From the human T2T-CHM13v2.0 reference genome, Homo sapiens, in NCBI RefSeq assembly GCF_009914755.1, contig NC_060934.1: a DNA stretch of 64,000 nucleotides; one strand, written 5' to 3'. Shown one piece after another: positions 12,201 through 24,936 of the stretch (position 1 is the stretch's first letter; every line of letters begins with the position of its first letter). The position numbers and the translations under genes are program-made. The notes beneath the pieces are model-generated. The model worked only from the letters and a program-made list of their open reading frames with translations, did no database searches and had not been told where the DNA came from.

Positions 12201-14499
12201 ATATCTTCAAAGATCAGCAGCTGTCATTACCTTACTCATCTAACAAATGGGTAAAAACATTTGACCCCTAAATCCCATCTTGTAGCCCGTGAATTACTTG
12301 GAGTCTGGGATCTTACATTCTCTGGCTTGGTATTTAAGCCAGGACCTACCTGGGACAACATGGAGACTATTACACATTAGACATCACCTCTGTGCCAGGA
12401 ATGCTATTTCTCCAATCTTCACAGCAACCTTTTGAAGTCCATGAGATGCTTCCCATTCTGCAGGTATTTGGGGCTCAGGAAAGTTGTTTGGCTTTCTAAG
12501 ATTGTGGTGATGGTGAGGGGAAGATCTGAAACACCTCTGGCCCAAGCTTAAGATATGTTGGATCTTTGCAGCTCTCACAGACTGCAGGGTCATGCATTCT
12601 GGGCATGGCACACCTTTCCAGGTACAACAGCCTTATTGTGAGGGCATCTGGCTTCCTTAGCTGTATTTCATACAACGCATTGTACTTGCAATTGGAAAGA
12701 CACAGCCAGTGGTCTGGGTGGTCTTAGCAGTCAAACAGTTGCTGATGGATGTATTCTGCAAAAATCCACTGCGGCCTCTTACAGGCCTGGAAACTCCATG
12801 GATGAGCCTCAGTTTTAGATGAATTCCCTGAGTCATCACATCACCATATGGGGAAGAACCTCTGCTCTTTGCTTATCCTATGACAGTAATTGGACAAATG
12901 AAGTATGCAACTGATAATTCCATTTGGAGCGAGTTACTTTTTCTATATTCAGGTCACAATAAGTAATTTAGGAAAAGTCTAATTCTCCCTCGCTGTCTCT
13001 CAAATATGCAAATGAAATGTAGTGCATTTTCTCCAGTATTTTCTGCAGATGCCAAATCAGCAGCTATTAAAGTTGGATAATTACAGTAATTAATTTCTGT
13101 AAGGGAGTGGGGAAACCTCACAACAACAGATAGAATAGTGAATCAAATGAGAAATGAGACCACACAAGGAAATGCTGAAACAAAACGGCAGGCCTCCGCA
13201 GGTTTTGGTGTAGGAAATGGAGCAGAGAGTTTCAGTAGATGTCAGTGTTACTAGCAAGATGGAAAGTATGTTTCCTGTCATCTTCCTTTAGGTCAGCTTG
13301 GTGGTTCCTAATACTCCCTACATCTATACCCGCTTTACACTATTCACTTGCTCTCTCTCCTCTATGGATGAGAAACTGATGGCTTTCCAAAGTGCACATG
13401 TCATCTTGGAGGCCACAACTTAACCTTATGGGTGTTCTCTTCTAGTTTATTTCCAGTGATGGCCACGTTACATTTGTTCTGTGGTCCTTTCGTTCCAGAG
13501 GTTCTTTTCCCCTCCAAAATGCTAGCTCTACGAGCTGCTTTTGGAAACAGATATTCCAGCTGTTTTTCTGCTTCTGGCATCATCATCAATATTAGAAATT
13601 GGGTAGTGGGATTTTTACTATGCACAGTGCAAAAATGGAGTCCAGCTCAGTTCTTTTGGAGCTGAGTTGGCCCCAGAAAAAAGTAACTAATTGGGAATAA
13701 AGATACTTTCCCTTTCTAGCAGGCTTAGCAGCCATGAGTGTCTGTCATAAGAGATGTGGCCGTGGGCTAGAGTTCTGACCAGTATTGGAAGGACTTTCCA
13801 GTCCCAAATGCCATTCCACTTCCTTGAGGGCTACGGCTTCTAATCAGGTCTTAACTGAGGGTGTTTGCTGTGCACCAGGCACTCACAATGCAGAGAGTGG
13901 AAAGCCAGGTCTAGTTTAGCAGAGGTTGGAGCCAGACTGTGTAGCTGCCCATGTGATATGTTTGCTTTTGTGAATAATTACAGACCACCTACTATGTGCC
14001 TTTGGGGATTCAGAGACAAACGTCACAGGACCTGTAATCTGGGTTTGAGGATGGGAGGCAGGGAAGTGTAGAAGATAGTAAAACAACATCCTGATGGCTA
14101 TAACCGAGGTTTGCCCACAAGGCCTTGGGACACAGGAGAGGGAAAGACTCAGAGAGGTGGAACACCAGAGCTAGGCTTTAAAGGAAAGGGATGTTTATGC
14201 CAGATCAGGTAGAAGAGGAAGGAAAGAGAAGCTCAGACACAGAAAGAAGCATAAAGATGCCTATTTGGGGACTCTGAATAGTTAAGCTGGGCTAGAATAG
14301 AACACATGGATGAAAAGGCTAAAATAGAACACATGAATGGAACATATGGATGAGTGGGGCTAGAAAGGTCTCTTGAAGCCACATTGTGGAGGACCTCGAA
14401 TGTTGAGCTAAGAGAATTTAACTTTATTGGGTTGCCATTCATTGACATCACTGTCAATGTCATCATTGTCATTATCACTGTGTTTACTGAACATTTACC

Positions 14500-14930
14500 A
14501 TAGAGGGCAGACTTCAGGCTCTGAAAACAGCAGATTGTGGTCAAGTCTCAGCTGGGTCACCAAGCAGTCACAGAGCCATGGGAAAATTATTTAAACTCTT
14601 TGATTCTTAACTTCCTTTGTGTAGTGTGGGGATAATGTCATCTTCTTTGAAATGTTATTGTGAGGATTACATGGAGCAATGCATGGAGCTTAGCATGGTG
14701 AGCAGAACATGCACAGGGACACAGGACACACTTGCTAAATGGTGCAGCTACTATCATCAGTTGCTAAAAGCTTTACAAGCATTTTATCATTTAATCATTA
14801 TAACAACCGTGCATGGTGGATATCAGTAGACCCATTTTGCAGATAAAGAATTGAAACTCACAGGAATTAAGCGACAGAATCAATATTGCTGCACTAGTGA
14901 GTGTACGTGCCTGACCTGAGGACTGGACCT
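14500..14930. mobile_element. Two adjacent MIR fragments in opposite orientation
   Basis: + copy: tgttattgtgaggattacatg; - copy: cccattttgcagataaagaattgaaactcacag. Confidence 0.6.
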
Positions 14931-15538
14931 CCTGCCCCCCACCAAGTTACCTTTCTCATAGGGAAGTGAGAGGTTACAGAAAGGCAATGGCACAGTCAGG
15001 CCAGGACATTAGAGAGACTATTGTCATCCTCAGTCTGCATCTCGCGTTATTTTTGGGTGAATTCCAGAGATCTAAAGGCTGCAGTGAAGACACTGCTGCC
15101 ATGGAAGCCTCCAGAACAGCCTGGCAAGACACAGAGAAGATTGGGTTCAGGGCTGCATGTATCTATCAACTCATTTATGCCTAAATTTAGAAAGGGTGCC
15201 ATTTTCTGGAATTAGTCTGTATTTCAAACACTGAACTAATTGTATGAGTTTCAAGTAACTAAAATATTGACAGCACTAATAGCCCTGGATAGCATTGCAT
15301 AAGGGCAGGCTATTTGAAAAGAGCCATTTCCACTAACAAGGAAATTGGTAAAGTAGGACTCTTGCTTTGTTAAATTATAACACATTGGACATCCCAAATA
15401 CATTCAAAATCTGTTTCCTATGCTCTTTCCCACTGAGCCCCTTACACAAAGTATTTCTGTTATTCCTCAGTGGAAAATCTCAGGTTCTGGTCAAAATCCA
15501 GGTGACTTCTCATGGTAGTCTCTTAAAAAGAGCAAATA

Positions 15539-15830
15539 GGGCCAGTTATGGTGACTCATGCCTGTAATTTCAGCACTTTGGGAGTCCAAGGCAGGAGGAT
15601 TGTTAGAAGCCAGAAGTTTGAAACCAGCTTAGACAACAGCAAACTCCATCTGTACAAAAAATTTTAAAAAATCAGCCAGGCATGGTGGTGTGCACCTGTA
15701 GTCCCAGCTACTTGGAAGAGTGAAACAGGAGGATTGCTTGAGCCCAGGAGGTTGATGCTGCAGTGAGTGAGCCATGATCGTGCCATTGAACTCCAGCCTG
15801 GGTGACAGAGTGAGACCTTGTCTCAAAAAA
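15539..15830 (+). mobile_element. AluJ
   Basis: Full dimer with J diagnostics (gaggattgcttgagcccagg, gctgcagtgag) and A-rich tail. Confidence 0.9.
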
Positions 15831-16319
15831 AACCTAAAAACGAAAAACTAAAAAAGCAAACAGACATAATCTCACATGGAGAAGAAGGGATAAAAAGCAA
15901 GCTTCCATGGATGTGGAATGGTGGTGTAAGTTAAAGTCAGATGGATTCAGCCCTGGCCTAATTATCAGCTGACCTTGGTAATGTTCCTTTTCCATGACAT
16001 ACGTAGGCTACCTTGTTTCTCTGTATCTCAATTTCAACTACTCAGATTTGGCCTGGATCACAGAGATCACAGACTCAACATCTCGGGTCCAGAGAGGTAA
16101 TGAACATGCATAAGTGAAGCCAGGTGAATACAGTAGTCAGTGGTGGAGCTTGTGGCCAAAGGAGAGCACTTGCTCTTCTAAAGGTGTGTACATTTAATTA
16201 AGGAGACATGAAACAGAAGCAGAAGCCCACCCAAATGAAGCCCACCAAATGAAACACTTCTCTAGGCCATCAATTTATGACCCATATGAGATACTAAATT
16301 CCAGCTTTTTATAATCAGT

Positions 16320-16530
16320 GCATGATGCAGTATCAAAATCATGAGCCTTGGAGTAAGGCTTGTGTTGGCATGGCAGAGCGGCCACCCATTAGCTATGTGG
16401 CCTGATGAGATTGATGGAACCCTTTTAAGTCTCAGTGTTCTCATCTGCAAAATGGGTGTGATGATATTTTCCCATTGAGAAAAGTAGAAGAGAGCATAGT
16501 TGTAAAGTCCTTAGTACAGTTCCTGCCCTG
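16320..16530 (+). mobile_element. MIR
   Basis: ctcagtgttctcatctgcaaaatggg core. Confidence 0.6.
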
Positions 16531-17945
16531 TGTATGCGTACATCAGAGGCTGGCTCCCCACGCCTGCTCCCTTCCCTTCTAGCTCTGACAGTCTGTGTTC
16601 TGGGTCGTGGTATATAAAATTCTGAAACTATTAAGTAGAAGGTAATACATTTTAGGTATATTTCCAACTGACATTACACTATTGATAAATTAATAACAGG
16701 AAGTTGATATTGAACTGTATGTTAATATATCTGCTTATGAGTCAGAAGACTCAGTACTTTCTCTGGCTGGTTCTGCACTTTATCAGTGATCTAAGAGAAG
16801 CTGAGTGTAGCTGGCTTAAGGTAGGGAGGGGCAGTTAGTCATCAGATGTTAAAATGGGGAGGAGAAGGGTCCCTGTCAGCTTGAGCGAGGGATCAGAATC
16901 CATGGGATCAAAATTCAGCAGAGACAATGAGGCCTGTGCCATGTCTGAATGCATGTCTATGCTAGGTGGGGAAGGACAGAAGAGTGTTAAGTCCTAGCAG
17001 GTTTAGGGCAAGGTCAGTAATAGTCCCAAGTGAAGTGAGGACATCATATAATGAATTTCACCTTTTGGGGGTGGGTGAGCTTAGCGTCCAGCTGGGTGGG
17101 CAGGCTCTGAGCTGGGGCACAGACATGTCCACTTCCAGGACCCCCAGAAAGTCAGGACCAAGCTGGGAGGTCCCGGGCAGGCAGGCTCTCTACAGATGGG
17201 GACCTTCTAGAGCAACAAGCCCTACTTTCATGCTGGGGACCACACTGGGGACTGTTGTACCAGGGCCTGGAATGGGTGTTAGGATACTGATTTGGATTAG
17301 CCTGGGCCTGGGACCAGAGCTTAGAATGGGGACAACAAATTGGAGGGTAGTCCTGTCATCTGGAGCATCTGGTGGAGGCTGCTTCAGAGACTTGGGGGCT
17401 TCTCAGATCAGCTGCACCAGAAGTGGGTGAATCTCCAAGCAGTTCTCAAGAGCAAGGTCAGTGCTCGGTCTCCAGGCTTCCCAGCCCTCCAGGACTGGCA
17501 ATCTGAGGAGTTCAGGGCTCCATGCACAGTGTTTGCCTTGCCCATGCGCTGGCATGGGGCAGGGTATGGCCAGCAGCACAGCGAGCCCCTTTGCAGGGCA
17601 CCCGAGGGCCCGAATGTTGCAACTCTGCCTCATGACCCCCCAACCTTTTGAAAGGCTCTGCTTACTCTCACCTGCCCCGCCTTCACATGTGCTGTTTCCT
17701 TTCCCCGAAAGCCCATTTTCCTCACCTGCCTAGCTCTCTCTTCATTATCCTTCAACGCTTCATTGGCACATCACTCTTTCTGACTATCTGTCAGCCCTCT
17801 GGGTTAGGCGCGCCTATTGTGTTTTAGAGTAGCCTGTGCTTACTAGGCGGCTATTCTGTCTAATGTCTAAGGCAGAGATGGGCACTAGGGAAACCAAGGT
17901 GAAGAGTCACGGGTCGAGCAGCCACCCACGGTGTTGTGGGGGTGG

Positions 17946-17949
17946 GAGA

Positions 17950-17980
<31 letters not shown>
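17946..17980 (+). repeat. (GA)n microsatellite
   Basis: gagagagagagagagagagagagagag. Confidence 0.9.
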
Positions 17981-17981
<1 letters not shown>

Positions 17982-20589
17982 ACCAGCCATAGTGTGAAAT
18001 TTAACATGATTGAAGTATGGACAGTGCTGGTTGGGAAAGTCAGAAAAAGTTTCTTGGATGAAGGGACACGTGACTTGCCTCTTGAGTAATAAGCAGGAGC
18101 TCAGCAAAGGGATGGGATTGGAAAGGACATTCCCAGCTTCAGGCATTATTGGAAAAGGGCATGGTGTTTAGCAGAAGCTGAGACTGTCACTACGGCTGCA
18201 GTACAGAGGGGACAAAAGTGGAGGATAGGAAGAAAAATGGGAAAGAGAGAAATATGCTGTAGATGTGAGATCCTGGACTTCTGTTTACAGGACGAATTGC
18301 CCACCATCTGCATGTAATTTGGAAAGGAAACAGAAAGTTTGGAGCAGGCACCCACCCATCCCCATGGTTACAGATCTGCCTAGTTACGTTGAGGAAGCCA
18401 GGCCCTTTACATGTGGATTCTGCTGGTTCCATGGGGGTTGGAATCTCTTACACCTAAACCACGACCATAAACTCCCAAGCCTACCAGGCCATAAGGGCAC
18501 TGTGAAGCAGCATATCAGGCTGAGGGACCATGGCAAAATGGAAAGTTCATGCTCATATAAAGAGAGACATAATTCTAAGTAGGCAGTGGTAAAAGCCATA
18601 ACTTGTCAAGTAAAGCTCATCCGTAGGCCCCATTTATTGCTGGCATTTCACTTACAGTCTTTTGATAAAGAGCTTAAGTCACTTAAAGTCTATCATCTCT
18701 CTTCAAAATCATGAAGAAAAGGACATTTTGACCAAATTGGAACAAATCATTAATCCAAGTTTGAGTAGCTCAGTAAAGCCCCTAGTGCTTTCAGAGTGTC
18801 TGGGGCAGCAGGCACTGGGCCTCTCTGGTGGTTTTCATTTCTGTGTGAGAATGACTTGGTTCATATGCAGAAGACGCACATATCTTGGAATGCTGAACCC
18901 AACACCCATGCCTCTTTAGGGGACCCATTGCTCCAGGACCCAGCGCTCGCTGGGCTTTGGGGACCATATTAATCTGGACCAAGAGAGAAAGTGGGGAACA
19001 GAGAGAGAGCGATACATAAGAATGAACATCCACAGACAGACAGCGTGGACTTAAAGGCTAGATCGTTAAGTGAAGAATGCAGAAAATTCCTTAAGGCTGC
19101 CCCGCAAATCACTCTGTGCTAATTTGCCTTGCGGGCCCAGCCCGCTGGCCAAACTGGTGACCCTGTGCTCTTACCACTGAGTCCTAATTGCACCTCCATC
19201 CCGTCTCCTGCGTTGGAAGTAATATGCGTTAGGAAAATCAATCCATTTGTAGGGGGAGAAACCACACTGGTTTCCTGCTACTGCTATCTTCACTAAAACC
19301 CCATTTTACTGGAACTAACGTTGAAAAAAACAGCGCATTTTATTCAAAACAAGGCAATATTGGTATTGACAGAGCTGCAGTGATAATGAGGACGATCAAT
19401 TTTCTCTCCTCCATTACGGGGTATTGAGCAATTTTGGAGTAAACTTGTGGCATCATTAGACAAGATCAGCATTTCTCCCTTTTGAAAACTTTCTGTTTTT
19501 CTTTTTTGCATATTTAGATTTTAAGTATTCCTGCTATGTTGGGGGGAAAGAAGCAAAACCAAAACAAACCAGAACAAACCCAGAAGTCCCCAAAGCAATA
19601 AGTGAAGTGCTGGTAATAAAAACTGGAAATCATAGACATTTCTTTTTAATTCTTTTGAATAATACATTGTGATGTTATTTTTGCCTTTTGGTTCATACAG
19701 ACTGCATCCCAACTCTCACCCTAAATTGAAATAATGCAGTTACCACATAAAATAATCCAAGTTTTGGGAGATGAGATATTCAAGGCAAGAGGGTGGATGT
19801 TACTTTTCTGTTTTGAGAAGAGAAGCAGGGGCTGGGCTTAGGTGGATGAAGGAAGAGAGAGTTGGAGCCTCAGAAAAAAGGCCTTGGGAAGGGAGTCAAG
19901 GACTTCGGGTGGATTTCCATGGGGAAGAGTGAAAGTGATGGAATAGTTCAGAGAAAATTAACTTTGGCATTTCTGCTTTCAGTTTCTGATCCTTGTTGGG
20001 CTACACATGTCCATCTGCCAGTTCAGGCTGGCTGTGCAGATGCCACATTCTGGGGAAGGGGACCCTGTCTTCCAGGCAAGACCTCTCCTCCATATCAGTG
20101 ACATCATGTGCTCAGGAAAACAGCAATGCTGGCAAATGGTCACATTTCAGAATGGCAAAATGCAGCCTGGGAAGGATGTCCCCCTGGAAAGTTAATCTAA
20201 TGTAGTTTTATCCCCCTTCCCCCAGTGCTCACCTTTTAAACCAGAAAAGTTATTGAAGATGTCTTAGAGATGGGGATTTCTCTGAATGCCATCAGTGTGA
20301 GGCAAGAGCTACAGGGCCCATGTGTTTGGAAGGCAGGCGGGAGGCTGTGACAGGGGCCTGGGTGAGCCATCCAATTTTTAAAACAATCTAGAAATTGTTG
20401 ATGAACAGTGTAAATATCTTTCTTCATACATTTTAATCCTTGAAACATATGTGCTACAAAACTGTGTTAGCTACATATGGAAGAACACTATCTTATTTCT
20501 GTCACTTAGTGCTAGCAACATACTCGACCATTTTTAGGAGGGAACCCCTCAAATGACTGCCCGCGTGGAGAGGAGATGGTGGAATGAGG

Positions 20590-20750
20590 TGACTCTGAGC
20601 AAGAGTCATGTGCTCTTGGCAATTTCCATCTCTGGGCTTAGCTTCCCCATCTGTAAAACGGGTATGATAATTGTGCCTCCCTCACAGGCTTCTCACAGTG
20701 ATTGCATAATCCATACATGTCAAAATGCTTAGAAAAGGGCCTGCTGCAGC
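20590..20750 (+). mobile_element. MIR
   Basis: gcttccccatctgtaaaacgggtatgataat core. Confidence 0.6.
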
Positions 20751-21546
20751 CTAAATACCCAGGAAATATTCTCATCCCAGGATAAAATTTGGCCCTCACA
20801 GTAGATGCCAGGCCTTGAGTCCCTTCTAACTTCAAGAGCCTTGTGAAATGTGTGAGAGGCTGCAGGGACCACCCCATCTGCTGTGCTCGATGTTGTAAAT
20901 TCTCTGCTGGAGCACGTTTCAAACTGTGCTGGGACAATGTGTCTGCCCACGTGTATCACCTTTAATCTGTGAATCCCTTGAAAGCAGGGACAGTGTCTTA
21001 TTCATCTTTAAATGCCTAGAGCTTTACCCAGAAGATGATGTTGAGAGCCACTTCATTCTTGTTTGAGAAAGAATAGGAAGAGAGGAAGCAGGGAGGACTC
21101 CAAGAAAGCTCTTACTGGGTGGTGTAACAGGTGGTCTGTGATGTGAAGAGACCAGACCCTAGTCCTCCTTAGAAAGAGATTATTCAGGTAGTGCATTCAC
21201 AGCTTCTCCTGGCTTCACTTTGGTGGTCTAGAACTCATTTACATGGCCATTGATCTCCTTTCTTGAAACTACAAACTGCGGCAAAGGTATAAAACATGGA
21301 AAGAATGCTGGTGCCTCAGGTCGGGTTCCCTGGGAGTGGAGCCTGAGACAGGGGTCCAGGTATGTGGGATTTGTTGAGGGAAGGACTCGGGAGGGAAGGA
21401 GAGTGAGGGAAGCCGGGCAGGGAAAGAGCTGAAGGAGGATGCGCTCACAGCAAAGTCTTGTCTCAGCCGGAGCCCCTGGGATTCTGAGGCATGAATTGCA
21501 CAACACAGTCCCGAGGGCACTGGCCTCATTGGCTCCAGCCTGGAGT

Positions 21547-21680
21547 ATGTGTGTGTGTGCACACAGGCATGTATGGTGTGTGTGGATGTGTGTGTGGACA
21601 CATGTGCGTGTACCTGTGTGTATGGACGCGTGTGCGTGTGTATGTAAGTAGGGGGCATGTAAGTGTGTGTGTATGTGTAT
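21547..21680 (+). repeat. Degenerate (TG)n tract
   Basis: atgtgtgtgtgtgcacac...gtgtgtgtatgtgta. Confidence 0.8.
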
Positions 21681-21743
21681 TTGGGTGGATAGGGCTCCAT
21701 GGCCCCTGGGCAGGGCAGCTCTTACCTAGTGGAGGGCAGTTCT

Positions 21744-22445
21744 TTTTTTTTTTTTTTTTTTGCATTTTCTTTTTTTTTTTTTTATTATACTTTAAGTTTT
21801 AGGGTACATGTGCACATTGTGCAGGTTAGTTACATATGTATACATGTGCCATGCTGGTGCGCTGCACCCACTAACTCGTCATCTAGCATTAGGTATATCT
21901 CCCAATGCTATCCCTCCCCCTTACCCCCACCCCACCACAGTCCCCAGAGTGTGCTATTCCCCTTCCTGTGTCCATGTGATCTCATTGTTCAATTCCCACC
22001 TATGAGTGAGAATATGCGGTGTTTGGTTTTTTGTTCTTGCGATAGTTTACTGAGAATGGTGATTTCCAATTTCATCCATGTCCCTACAAAGGACATGAAC
22101 TCATCATTTTTTATGGCTGCATAGTATTCCATGGTGTATATGTGCCACATTTTCTTAATCCAGTCTATCATTGTTGGACTTTTGGGTTGGTTCCAAGTCT
22201 TTGCTATTGTGAATAATGCCGCAATAAACATACGTGTGCATGTGTCTTTATAGCAGCATGAGAAAAAAATGCTCATCATCACTGGCCATCAGAGAAATGC
22301 AAATCAAAACCACAATGAGATACCATCTCACACCAGTTAGAATGGCAATCATTAAAAAGTCAGGAAACAACAGGTGCTGGAGAGGATGTGGAGAAATAGG
22401 AACACTTTTACACTGTTGGTGGGACTGTAAACTAGTTCAACCATT
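21744..22445 (-). mobile_element. L1PA2, 5'-truncated and 5'-inverted, with 15-bp TSD
   Basis: Poly-T, then antisense L1 3' end with GAG diagnostic (gatgacgagttagtggg on -) to 22260. Sense-oriented ORF2 piece 22261-22450. TSD gtggagggcagttct at 21729-21743 and 22446-22460. Confidence 0.93.
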
Positions 22446-23682
22446 GTGGAGGGCAGTTCTGCAGAGAAGGGGAAGCCGTGGCAGGTATACCTCTCATCTG
22501 GAGAAGGAGATCTGCATGGAGCACAGTAGCATCCACTGGGACAAGGAAAATTCCATTAAGATCTAACCTGTATCCCTCTCACTTGATACGACATCTTATC
22601 CAGCAACAAAAGAGAATGTGGACAGTCCTAAGAGTTTTTGTAAAGGAACATCCCACCCAATCCAAACCCTTTATCCAGCCTGGGAAGGATAATTCCAAAG
22701 ATTTATCTTTTACAATGAAAGAATGATTGTAAAAGCAATGTGTGGTATTAGGCTCAAATATTTACTGAGCCCAGTCTATGCACTCTTTTCTATGTGCTTC
22801 AAAGGACATAAGCAGAGGGAAGTAGCTGGAAACCTAGTTCAGGGTTAAGATAAGAGCACAGCTATTCATGTGGCAGCATGTGCTTAGGACTGAGGGACAG
22901 GCACAGGATGATGGGAGGGTGGGCGGAGGGAGATGGCACCCAGGGGATGAGAGTGGCTTCAGCAAACGCTTCTCCCCAGAGACTTTAGTTGGCCTGCAGA
23001 CTTTGAGTGTGGTTTGAGATGTCTGTGGTGGGGCCTGTATCTGTCAAGGCAGAGTGTGTATGTTTGGTAAGTGGTACTTCTTTTAGTCTTGTACTCCCAG
23101 GCAGATTCCACCTTTTACTCCGGGGGTGCGAACTCCAACACAGGAACTGTTAGGGGAGTAAAGCCAAGCTGGGGGGGATGTTGGACCCCTGGAGGGCACA
23201 GCTCCCACCCAGCACCAGCCACCTTCCCCCCACAGAGGTGCAAGCCAGCATGGCCAGATCGTCCCATCTTTTGAGAGAGGCCACAAGTCTGGATTTTTAT
23301 GTGACATCTTCAGACTTTTCAATGCTAGCAGTTAATTCAGAAACTGCTGAAATATTGTGTGGGTCAAACACAGCACGTCTAAGAGGCAGACGCAGCCTCC
23401 TGCCTGCTGGCATGTGGCCTCCATCTTTAGCCATTGACCTCTCCCCACACTGACCTGGGCAGCTTGTGTCCTGCCAGAGGCTGCCTCCCACAGACTTGCC
23501 CCCCCCCAGGTGAGGAGGGCACTGGAAGAACCCTGAGACAGGCGTGGGTGTAGTGGGGATGGGGTATGGTGGGCGCAGTCTCCTTGTTCCACAACTCACC
23601 CCAGGCCAAGTTGGAGCCTATAAAAGCTGTCCACAAGGTGTTCTGCCCTGGAGGGCTCACAGCTTGCTTTGGTCACTCTTAG

Positions 23683-23897
23683 CTTTCCGAGGAGATCCAG
23701 TGCTCCCTGGCCAGTCATATCCAGTCCCTGGTGAAGTCGGAGAAGAACCGCCAGGTCATGTGCGAAGCAGGCTTGCTTGGGACCCTCATGGCCTCCTGCC
23801 ACAGGGCCCTGGTCACCAGTGGCAGCCCCCTCCACTCACGCCTCATCAGGATCTTTGAGAAGCTCGCTTCCCAGGCCATTGAACCGGATGTGCTAAG
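23683..23897 (+). CDS. WDFY4: WDFY4 coding exon (LSEEIQCSLASHIQ...AIEPDVL)
   Basis: Acceptor cactcttag, donor AG|gtacca; 215 nt, phase 0 to 2; overlaps ORF 23731..24045. Confidence 0.93.
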
Positions 23898-24936
23898 GTA
23901 CCACATGCTGCATATTCAGTGCCGCCAAGCTGGGCAGCCATGTCCTTTGCAGGGCAGGGGTTGCACAATGGGCAGTGGAGAGACTGCAGGGACAGATGGA
24001 GGGCACGGCTCTGTCCTGGCATTCAAGGCTGGAGTCCATGGCTGAGCCTTGGGTCTGTGCCAGGCAGTGTGCAGGTGCCCACAAAGCAGACATAGCCCCC
24101 TCTAATGGATCACGTGGGGGCTGGAGGGGGCTCCAAGGAAGTGGAGCTGCATTCCGAGGCCTGTAGAGTTCACTAGACAAAGAGAGGAGGGAACTGGGCC
24201 TGGAAGGCTCTGCCGGGAGGGGTGGGGCTGGGAGGGGCTGACTGTGTCCTGTAGGGAGTTGGGCAGTAAGCATGTAGGGACTGCAGACATGGAGGAGGAT
24301 GGGGCAGAACCCACCTGGATCCTCCAGGGGGCTTTCCTGCTGTCAGCCTCTGCATGAAGCCACATTCCTGGAGAGCCATGGCAGGGAGAGAAAGTGCAAA
24401 GGTGCACAGGGTGGGAAGCAGGGAGCAGACGTGGAAGACAAGAGAGCAGAGGGAAGGGAAGCTACTGGGGAGGGCAGGAGTCTCCTATGCCACCTGGAGT
24501 GCTGAGGGCCATGCACAGAGCGGGGGGCCCTGCTGCTTATACACAGGAGCAAGTGTAGAGGGCGCACAGACAGCCTTTCCAGCCAGCAGACATGGGACCC
24601 AGGGGCGGGCACGACAGCTGCCAGAGGAGGCTGCTGGTTATAGTGCTGCATGGGAAATTCCATTAGAAACTTATAAACAATTACTACAAATTTACTTTGT
24701 GACATTATTTTTTGTTATGACATCCATCTTGAGGCTCCTAAACTTACCAGCTCTCTGGTCTGGTCTGGCTGGCAGGGCAGAGACACCCTGTCTCCACATT
24801 GCTTTCAGAAAGGGTGTTCCAGTGGGGCTGGGAGGTCAGGGAGCTCCAGGCATCTAGGACAGTTGTCAGGATAAAGTTGGAGAACACTGTTGCTAGTAAA
24901 ATGTCTTCATTTTTTCCTCTTGTATGTTATGTTCAG

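Larger units (their letters stand above)
21310..22540 (-). mobile_element. ERVL LTR16-like solo LTR, interrupted by a TG-rich tract and an L1PA2
   Basis: Begins tgcctcaggtcgggttccctggga and resumes after the L1 with gcagagaagggg...gcacagtagcatccact. Confidence 0.6.

Noticed and set aside
16966-17430. 154-aa + strand ORF in an intron
   Set aside because: GTG start, no recognisable family, GC-rich chance ORF; the flanking exons join in frame without it.
21989-22566. ORFs matching the L1 ORF2 C-terminus as an active element
   Set aside because: Only ~700 nt, 5'-truncated and inverted; non-autonomous.
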